Below are positions 12,224 to 21,200 of a stretch of 64,000 nucleotides of DNA, in pieces. Under the pieces are notes generated by a model. It did not search any database. It was not told where the DNA came from and worked only from the letters and a program-made list of their open reading frames with translations. Location of the stretch: positions 868,001-932,000 of the forward strand of contig NC_081334.1 in assembly GCF_022539665.2 (NCBI RefSeq), in the 5' to 3' direction. How positions within the stretch are numbered: position 1 is the stretch's first letter; the number at the start of each line of letters is the position of its first letter. Both the position numbers and the translations under genes were made by a program. Origin of the DNA: Daphnia carinata. Taxonomy: Eukaryota.

Positions 12224-13395
12224 ATAAAATTATGAAGCTGCAGGCTCAATTTTTTCAACAGCACAGAATCTTAGATGACAACAAAACTAAGGATGGTAAT
12301 ATGTAATGATTGTATTTGTGTTCTTTTATTCATTTGTGTTTTTTAGCTCAAACTTTGTGTCTACAAGCTCAGTTACTGGAAAATAAAAAATTAGAACTGG
12401 ACACTTTCAAAACAGTGAAGGAGGTTTTTCCAAACTCATCCCTAACTGAACATGAGGATGAGTTGGCATTAGGCAAACACAGTCAGGTACATAAACTTTT
12501 CAAATAAGAATTCAAAATAAGTATAGAATTTTAACAAACAATTCTTTATTGTTTATTTATTCAGTCTACCACCTGACAGTGTGTTAAAGTTAAATTCTGT
12601 TAGTGCTGCACTAAAAGAATTGTTAGAAATAAGTCCATGCAGCGAAGGAAGTGAACAATTGTGGGACCGTATTTGGGCTGAAAATGGGTGTGGTACGGAA
12701 ACCCAGAAATAGCACGAGTTCAACATAAAACATGAATTAGGTACTTTTTGGTTTTTTGTCTATCGAAAAAGTATTTTTAATGCTATTATTTTGCATTCAC
12801 AGAATTTTAGCGGGGGATCAAGTCAAATCTGGAAGTGTTACAGGATGGAAGAGTGAGCCTACAGTTGAAAAACACTGAAAGTGCATTACCATTAAGGTAT
12901 GAGGTAAAGTAATAGAGTATGCAGATTGTCTAATGAGAAGTACCATCTTGTGTGAATGAATCCTGTGTAACAGCAATCCTTTATAGTTCTGTCACAGCTA
13001 GAAGCCTCAAATAATTCTGCTTCTCTTGCTAAAGAACAACTTGTCCTTTATGTTCAGAGTGTTGGTGAAGCTGGGTACTTAAATGGCCCTAAAGATGTTT
13101 CATTTCGTTGGCATTGCAGCAATGAACATCATACATGGACTTTTTAGGTATGAAAGGAATTTTCTTAAAATTTTTTGAATTTATGACAAAGCATTTCTCC
13201 TCCTTTTTGCCAACCATGTCTAATCTAAAAAAAATTTATCCAATAGGAAAGGATTTTCAGCATACTGGGAACACAACTATCAACAATGCAACATTCTAGG
13301 GGTGTTATTTTATCATTCAAGAGCCTTATACAATGATTTTCATCTGCAATTTGTATGGCCTTTCCCAAGCTTCTGCCAGAAGTTGAATCAATAGG
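12224..13395 (+). pseudogene. Decayed multi-exon gene fragment within the palindrome arm (mirror copy on the - strand in the right arm)
   Basis: Alternating ~120-170 nt moderate-GC blocks and ~60-90 nt AT-rich GT...AG segments. Open stretches such as LEASNNSASLAKEQLVLYVQSVGEAGYLNGPKDVSFRWHCSNEHHTWTF are broken by stops. No family is confidently recognised. Confidence 0.4.
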
Positions 13396-13599
13396 TCATG
13401 TAAGTCACATGAGCAACAATTGAGATGCTTAATGGTGTTGTTTTTCTTTTCTCAGCATAGGTTAATAGTAACATTGGATCTGAAAAAATTCTTGGTTGGG
13501 GCAAGACACTGAATAAATTGTAATGATTGAATGGATGACATGACATTTCTATACTTAATTCGGATTCCCGAGACGGTATTTTATATTTAAAAAATTGAA

Positions 13600-13945
13600 G
13601 TGCATATCTGGGCTCCCTTCCTTTCCGTAGCCCCGTTTCCCCTTGACTCGTAATAAGCCCGTAGGGGGTCATGCCCCTACTGTACGGTATATATAAAAAC
13701 AACATATACCGAGGTTTGGAGGGCTCTGGCCGGAAAGGGGACGTGGGGGTCCGCTTAGTCCGATGATGTGTTCACGGAGGGCGACGTGGCTACCCACAAA
13801 TCCGAACTAAAGGTTAATCGCTCCTGTAAAAATGTTCCAAATCTTCAGCTCTTCTTCCGGCTTCTCTTAGCCAATCACCGGGTAATCTCCCCGGTGGGTC
13901 AACAAGGCAGTGTCTCCCCCTGCCTGGGTTGACGGCAACTTTTGA
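13600..13945 (+). other. GC-rich multi-hairpin module (copy 1; mirror copy ~14935-15280)
   Basis: Stems: GTAGGGG/CCCCTAC (13661-13680), CGGTATAT/ATATACCG (13685-13711), TTAGTCCG..CGAACTAA (13755-13810), CACCGGG/CCCGGTG (13876-13896), GTCAAC-AGGCAG/CTGCCT-GTTGAC (13898-13933), then TTTT at 13940-13943. Confidence 0.7.
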
Positions 13946-14369
13946 AAGGGCTATTGTGCTTTTTTAAAGTTGCAAAAATAATTGTTATGTGCAGAGAATT
14001 GTCAATAAAATTTTTTTTATAAAATATTTTTTGCAAAATTTGTTTCTTTCATTGTCTGTGTTAGCTGTATTCACACATTGCATTTATCAACTTTTTTTTT
14101 TTTGCTTTGTTTTATTTCTTTTTGTCACCTTTGAAGGTAAGTATTGTTTCCATTGGTTTATCGTTTATCTGTAAGCATTCTTATTTTTATTCACATCGAA
14201 CCCTGGATATTCGGCAAGGAACAACGTGCTCTATCCAATATTTGAATGATATGATGTCAAGTTGGCTTTTTTCTAGTCACTTGTGGACTTGCATTTACAC
14301 TTAGAATAAAACTAAAATGCATTTCTGCAATATACTCTTCTACATTTACTCTACTTCATTTTTACACAT

Positions 14370-14436
14370 CTACTGAGGTTTGAAACCAGGGTAAAAGGTA
14401 TCGCAGCTAAACGCTCTACCACAGAGCTATGAACCT
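14370..14436 (-). pseudogene. Degenerate tRNA-like (Cys-like) sequence / Pol III head in the palindrome spacer
   Basis: The minus strand reads GGTTCA-TAGCTCTGTGGTAGAGC-GTTTAGCTGCGATACC..CCTGGTTTCAAACC. This has an intact D arm (GCTC/GAGC), an A box and a B-box-like motif. The anticodon and acceptor stems do not pair. Confidence 0.55.
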
Positions 14437-14532
14437 TATGAAAGCAATAGAAAGATAAACATATAGTTGTGAAAGACTGCATAAACATCCTAGACGATAA
14501 CATATGATATGCGATAATAAAATATTTAGATG

Positions 14533-14600
14533 TATCTCTTGGCTCAATGTTAGAGCATCGGCGTTGCACGCTGAATGTCTGGGGATCGGTTCCCATACAA
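14533..14600 (+). pseudogene. tRNA-Ala(TGC)-like pseudo-tRNA / SINE-like head in the palindrome spacer
   Basis: TG-GCTC-AATGTTA-GAGC D arm, anticodon arm TCGGC-GTTGCAC-GCTGA (TGC at 14565-14567), and T-arm-like TGGGGATCGGTTCCCA. The acceptor stem pairs poorly. Confidence 0.65.
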
Positions 14601-17461
14601 GTAAAACAAAATACAAAATTACTTCAAAAAATATCCGGATATTACACGTTGTTCCTTGAATCTAAGTTGAAGAATTCAAAGAGTGTAATAAATAATAATT
14701 GAATACTTACAGATAAACGATAAACCAATGGAAACAATACTTACCTTCAAAGGTGACAAAAAGAAATAAAGCAAAGCAAAAAAAAAAAGTTGATAAATGT
14801 AATGTGTGAATACAGCTAACACAGACAATGAAAGAAACAAATTTTGCAAAAAATACTTTATAAAAACAATTTTATTGACAATTCTCTGCACATTACAATT
14901 ATTTTTGCAACTTTAAAAAGGCACAATAGCCCTTTCAAAAGTTGCCGTCAACCCAGGCAGGGGGAGACACTGCCTTGTTGACCCACCGGGGAGATTACCC
15001 GGTGATTGGCTAAGAGAAGCCGGAAGAAGAGCTGAAGATTTGGAACATTTTTACAGGAGCGATTAACCTTTAGTTCGGATTTGTGGGTAGCCACGTCGCC
15101 CTCCGTGAACACATCATCGGACTAAGCGGACCCCCACGTCCCCTTTCCGGCCAGAGCCCTCCAAACCTCGGTATATGTTGTTTTTATATATACCGTACAG
15201 TAGGGGCATGACCCCCTACGGGCTTATTACGAGTCAAGGGGAAACGGGGCTACGGAAAGGAAGGGAGCCCAGATATGCACTTCAATTTTTTAAATATAAA
15301 ATACCGTCTCGGGAATCCGAATTAAGTATAGAAATGTCATGTCATCCATTCAATCATTACAATTTATTCAGTGTCTTGCCCCAACCAAGAATTTTTTCAG
15401 ATCCAATGTTACTATTAACCTATGCTGAGAAAAGAAAAACAACACCATTAAGCATCTCAATTGTTGCTCATGTGACTTACATGACCTATTGATTCAACTT
15501 CTGGCAGAAGCTTGGGAAAGGCCATACAAATTGCAGATGAAAATCATTGTATAAGGCTCTTGAATGATAAAATAACACCCCTAGAATGTTGCATTGTTGA
15601 TAGTTGTGTTCCCAGTATGCTGAAAATCCTTTCCTATTGGATAAATTTTTTTTAGATTAGACATGGTTGGCAAAAAGGAGGAGAAATGCTTTGTCATAAA
15701 TTCAAAAAATTTTAAGAAAATTCCTTTCATACCTAAAAAGTCCATGTATGATGTTCATTGCTGCAATGCCAACGAAATGAAACATCTTTAGGGCCATTTA
15801 AGTACCCAGCTTCACCAACACTCTGAACATAAAGGACAAGTTGTTCTTTAGCAAGAGAAGCAGAATTATTTGAGGCTTCTAGCTGTGACAGAACTATAAA
15901 GGATTGCTGTTACACAGGATTCATTCACACAAGATGGTACTTCTCATTAGACAATCTGCATACTCTATTACTTTACCTCATACCTTAATGGTAATGCACT
16001 TTCAGTGTTTTTCAACTGTAGGCTCACTCTTCCATCCGGTAACACTTCCAGATTTGACTTGATCCCCCGCTAAAAATCTGTGAATGCAAAATAATAGCAT
16101 TAAAAATACTTTTTCGATAGACAAAAAACCAAAAAGTACCTAATTCATGTTTTATGTTGAACTCGTGCTATTTCTGGGTTTCCGTACCACACCCATTTTC
16201 AGCCCAAATACGGTCCCACAATTGTTCACTTCCTTCGCTGCATGGACTTATTTCTAACAATTCTTTTAGTGCAGCACTAACAGAATTTAACTTTAACACA
16301 CTGTCAGGTGGTAGACTGAATAAATAAACAATAAAGAATTGTTTGTTAAAATTCTATACTTATTTTGAATTCTTATTTGAAAATTTTAAGTACCTGACTG
16401 TGTTCGCCTAATGCCAATTCATCCTCATGTTCAGTTAGGGATGAGTTTGGAAAAACCTCCTTCACTGTTTTGAAAGTGTCCCGTTCTAATTTGTTTTTTT
16501 CCAGTAACTACTTGCTTGTAGACTCAAAATTTGAGCTAAAAAACACAAATAAGAAAAAAAAAGAAAAAAGTGTGATTTTTTTTTTTTTTTTTTGAGGTAA
16601 AACGGATTGCCATAGTATTTAACAGTATTAAGCGTCGAATAAAAAATCAGTAACAACTTTGCATCAGGAATTTTTACTGCAGACGATCCCCCAAACACTA
16701 TAGCCACCTATTGGTACGATATTCAGTTTTCTGCATTGGGTTTCAGCGACCGTCCGGGGCAAGACTAAGGGCTGTAGCAACTTTCACTTCTAATAATTCA
16801 AATGCCATAAGGTTCACGTGTAAAAGATATCAATTTTCGTAATCCTTGCTTAATTTAGTTAAAAATACATTATTCCGATTTGAAATTGAACGCTGATCAC
16901 GAATATCGGCTTTGTTTTGACATTGGACATAACAAAACGGAGAAAAACGAAGAAAATGACCGTGGGAAAATTGCCTCAAAAACCGTCAAAAATTGACCAT
17001 CGTTGGAATTGCTTGAAAATGACAGAATATACTCAAAATCGAATACTGATTCCGAGAAAATTGCTATTTTTTTCATAACATCAACAGTTTTGGAAATACA
17101 CCGAATTAAAAAACGACTGGCGCGCCAGTACGCTACAGCGCTAGCATGACACATCAAAGTTATTCAATTCGATATATTTCCAAAACGATGATCTAATAAG
17201 CAATAATTAATAATTTAAAACCAATATAATAATCTTTATACTTACCATCCTTATCTTTATTATCTTATCCATTTTTAAATATTTTTCTCCAGCCAAGCGT
17301 TTTTCTCCAGCTACGCTAGTCAACTCACTGCCATTGGGATCCAATGGACTCAAATTGCCTACATGCCTGTAATAACGAGTCTGACCGGTAGATGGCTACG
17401 GGTCGAAAGAAAAAGTGTGATTATTTTTTTTTTCGAATTTTTTTTTTTTTTGGGGTAAAAC

Positions 17462-17918
17462 CAGACTTGCCGCGATCGCGATCAAAAATTGATCGCCGAT
17501 CCGATCTCCGATCAAAAAATTGATCGCCGATCCGATCTTTTGAAAAAGATCGGAGATCGGATCGGCGATCCCAAAAAATTGATCGCGATCCGATCGTTTT
17601 TAGCGATCAAACTTTTCGCCATCTAGCTGTAGATTTTCAGCCGCAGGGTTCTATTTCACTGCTATTTATGCGAATGCCAATTGAAGGAAACTGTTTAGTG
17701 TTCACCCTCAATGGCCGCCAGTGACTGTCGCTGTGACAGCCAATGCTATTTTCGCGAAACAGTGTAAATTTTTACCGTTAGATGCTGCACAAAAATGATC
17801 GCTAAAAATGATCGGCAAAATTTGATCGCCGATCCGATCGCCGATCGCCCGATCCGATCAAACTCAAAAGATCGGATCGGAGATCGCGATCGGAAAATTG
17901 ATCGGCGTGGCAAGTCTG
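17462..17918. mobile_element. Non-autonomous hAT-like MITE (457 bp)
   Basis: TIR CAGACTTGCC / GGCAAGTCTG with a perfect 8-bp TSD GGTAAAAC (17454-17461 and 17919-17926). Dense subterminal GATCG/CCGATC repeats at both ends and no transposase ORF. Confidence 0.9.
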
Positions 17919-18036
17919 GGTAAAACGGATTGCCATATTGCCATACATATATCCACACAGGTTTCCGAGATGTTGGGATAATTTTGGTAAAAAAAAAACA
18001 CAGGAAAGATATCTCAACAAGGAAAGATGATTACAT

Positions 18037-18042
18037 TTTATT
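18037..18042 (-). terminator. Probable polyadenylation signal of highwire
   Basis: AATAAA on the minus strand ~170 nt past the stop codon. Confidence 0.5.
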
Positions 18043-18209
18043 GTAACATTTAGTGAAATGTCCACATCTGAACTAGTTTACGAAAGCTCGACAAGCCGCT
18101 GCTGAACGAGCGAAATGAATGTGAATTTTGTATGCGTCGAACGCACACCGATAATATGATGTGGTACAGAGAGATTCCTTCAGAGAATGGCTGTCTGAGG
18201 TAGTTCAGC

Positions 18210-21200
18210 TTAAAATGTATGGGCGTTTCGACACATGCCACAACCAAGAGCAAATTCTTCTCCAGTTGGTGGGTGCACCAAATGTAGTGGGCATTCTTCC
18301 CCGTCTAACTGACGACCCCGTGGTCCTTTAGGAAAATTTCGTAAGTTAGTCTCATCACAGAAATTTATATATGTAACGAGAGGCACAAACCTGCGGGGCA
18401 TTTTGGTAGAGCGTGTTTAGGCATTTCCGTAACATGGCGAAAATCTTCGTGGCACGCATTGCAAAAATGGGTTGTACCAAAGCAGAAAAAGACAGCCACT
18501 GAGCAGCAGTAACGGCATTTATACTCTAGGTAATCTGCGCCGTGTCGAGGACACATTTGCGCTCTTGAAACATCGCTACAGCCGCCGCACACCAGTTCAG
18601 AAGGATTGAAAGATTCGCCACCAATAGCTCCCCCTTCAACCGCCAATCCTTCTTCGCAACGAGCCTCTCCGCCGTAGTAGGCCTTCAAACAATGACAAAC
18701 TCAGAGGTAAACCACACGCTTGCTATACAGTATCACTGTGCGTCATCGTACCTTGTTGCATCGGAAACAAACATAGTATGCGTAACGTTCCATGGCGTAT
18801 CCTTCGGCATCCTGGTAGAAACGATTCCCAGGCATTGTGATAGCCTCTGTCTGAAGTAGCCCTTCGTACTCGAGCCGCATCAACGCTTTACGTTTAACAT
18901 CATCAAACAGCTCACGGATTGGAAGTAATAAATCATCTAGAAATTCATTGCCTAGTTCTGCCTACAATCACAAAATAGCCAATTGAATTACCATTTGCTA
19001 ACAGGTCAATAATAAATAATAATTCAGTAATTTACCTTGCAAATTGGGCAACGAGAAAAGCTGAATGTGATGCGTGGACCAGGCCATTTCTTGGATAGCA
19101 CTGAACGACAGCAATGGGCATGGAAAACGTGTTTGCAAGTCAGCTGAAGAATTATGAAACCAATTGGTTAATTGTCTGGTACACAATAATGGATATAAAG
19201 CTTTACCTGTATAGCTGGCGCCGCAGATAGAGCTTCAGTGAAGCATATCATACACATATCATCGGCATCTTGTTTCAGATTTGCCGCATTACCAGCACAG
19301 CGGTACAAACAAGGAAGACATTGCGTTTCATCGCGAACTCCTCCACAAGGATGGCCACAACTGTGAGTTTTTAGGCAAGCATTTCGAGAATATTCCTAAC
19401 AGGGAAAACGACCAAGATTGTTAAGTATCCAAAATATGTGAAAAAACAAAACAAACTAATTAGCCAAAATAATTGATTACCATGCAGTCCGGTTCATTGC
19501 AGACATTGATTGTTTGATCGTCAAATAACGAGGATGATGACGGGGATATGGCCGAACCACAGTAGCGACATGAGGAAGACGCAACAATTCCGCCTACCAA
19601 AGAGCATTGATAGTTTCCACCTTGGTTTGTGTTTGCAGCCATGTAAACGGACGGAACAGCAGTTGTCACTCCGTGTCGGAATTCAACCAAAGATTTTAGA
19701 TTCCGGGCGTCAGATAGAGCTAGAATCCAAAAGAGTTTGACCCGGCCACAACCTTCGTGAACGTCAACCTTGATAGCTTCTTCTTCTTCTTTGCACACCT
19801 TTAAAACAACATTTATGAAACCATAGCCCCGAATTTCTTCAATTTCTTTAGCTACTTGTCGCTGGTGAGATCGGAACTTCCGGGAAAGATGTAAGACACG
19901 ATCACAATCGACGCAAAGCGGTCCGCAATCACAACAAACAATTTGTGCACCTGTTTCTCCATCGTCGTGGTTATTGCACTGAGGCTGCACAAAAACCAAA
20001 ACCAAACGTCAGTTTGAAAATACAATGCACAATTCGAGGACCCCAGTAGATAACTGTATTAAACAATGTGTTTAGACATACCTTGTTAACTGCTCCACGA
20101 GCCCATTGCGTTGACGAGAGACGTTCTACATGCTCGTCTTGCAGTAGGCAAAGGGCAGCCAATGTCAACCACACTGATGGTGTTCCCAGGCAATCCGGCG
20201 GTGTGCGGCAATCTTCTTCTAATTTGGTAAGTGAAAGAACAGCTTCTGCGATACCTGCTTTAGTTACGGCCGACCATACTTCAGACAAACTGCCCTGTTT
20301 CGATAGCAAAATTTCAGTTTATCAAGGCCAAGTAATTTTTCAACTGTTTCGAAAATACCGAAGCCATATCCCTGACAAGTTGGATGATGCTTTCCGCTAC
20401 GCGACGAGGCATATGGCCTTTCATCCACCAACGTGATCCAAGTTGCTTATGTGGTTGCTGTTGGTTGTTGAAAATGCTAGCCATCGTCACAGACATGATG
20501 GGATTTTTACTACAGTCCTTGTCACGTCCCTTGGTTTTAACTTGTACTGTGAGCGCTTTGGCGATACATGCCAGGAATACGTCCAAAATTCCAACCCTAG
20601 GTATCCAGTTGATAAGGAAATGAGACTCTGCAATAACTACAAACAAGGCAGCATTTGTGGATACCTTTCAAGCGATCCAGACGAACTGAGAATCTGCAAG
20701 ATACCGTAATCTGTAGTAGGTAATACGTCGACGTCAACCAGGGAGGCAAAGACAGGCGGAGGAAGTTCGGGCAGCATTCGTCGTAGAAGAGCGGTTACCT
20801 ATATTAACACAAGATCGAATTAGTATGATTTATTGCTGACCATTGTCGTACATTTTTCTTCTGTTTGAAATCTTATACTTGCCTGTCGTTGTATTCTAGG
20901 TGAGCCGGTATGGAGCAGGCTCAACAAATTGGCAGGCAAAGTGGAATGTTGTGAAATGTAAGTTCGACCCACTCTGCTTCCGCTCAAGGCCAGTACCTGT
21001 CCAGATGGAAAGAAGGACAATTTATTTATCATCTTAACAAACGACTGCATCCATGACCTAATTTGTCATTGGGCCTCCTGAGATTTAACTGACAGGTATG
21101 TCAGTAACATGGAAAATAAACCAAAACTATAAGATATGGATGTCGGAATAGCTACCTGTGATAACAGTTCGAAGCAGTAGGAATCGGAAACACGAGAATT

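Larger units (their letters stand above)
12331..16550. repeat. Giant inverted repeat: arms ~12331-14228 and ~14645-16550, spacer ~416 nt, axis 14440
   Basis: Identical 105-aa ORFs at 13388..13705(-) and 15175..15492(+) are symmetric about 14440. Direct reverse-complement comparison shows near identity along ~1.9 kb with scattered substitutions. Confidence 0.97.
11951..17450. repeat. Outer inverted-repeat pair (~11951-12190 vs ~17230-17450) of the foldback element
   Basis: CCCGTAGCCATCTACC..GTTATTACAGGCATGTA..GGCTGGAGAAAAATATTTAAAAATGGATAAGATAATAAA..GATAAGGATGGTAAGTATAAA on the left matches the reverse complement of 17230-17420, with moderate divergence. Confidence 0.9.

Noticed and set aside
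14370..14600. Functional tRNA genes
   Set aside because: The acceptor stems do not pair and the T arms are irregular, so they are recorded as tRNA-like relics.
15025..15130. Hammerhead ribozyme suggested by CTGAAGA (and CCGATGA in the mirror strand)
   Set aside because: No stem II followed by GAAA and no closing stems, so the core is incomplete.
13388..15492. Two identical 105-aa ORFs (13388..13705 - and 15175..15492 +) as a duplicated gene
   Set aside because: The identity simply follows from the palindrome. The peptide has no recognisable domain, overlaps the hairpin module and runs antisense to the exon-like pattern.
17470..17910. CRISPR-like or satellite array from the GATCG repeats
   Set aside because: The repeats are short and irregular, lack unique spacers, and are inverted between the two ends. 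They are MITE subterminal repeats in a eukaryotic context.
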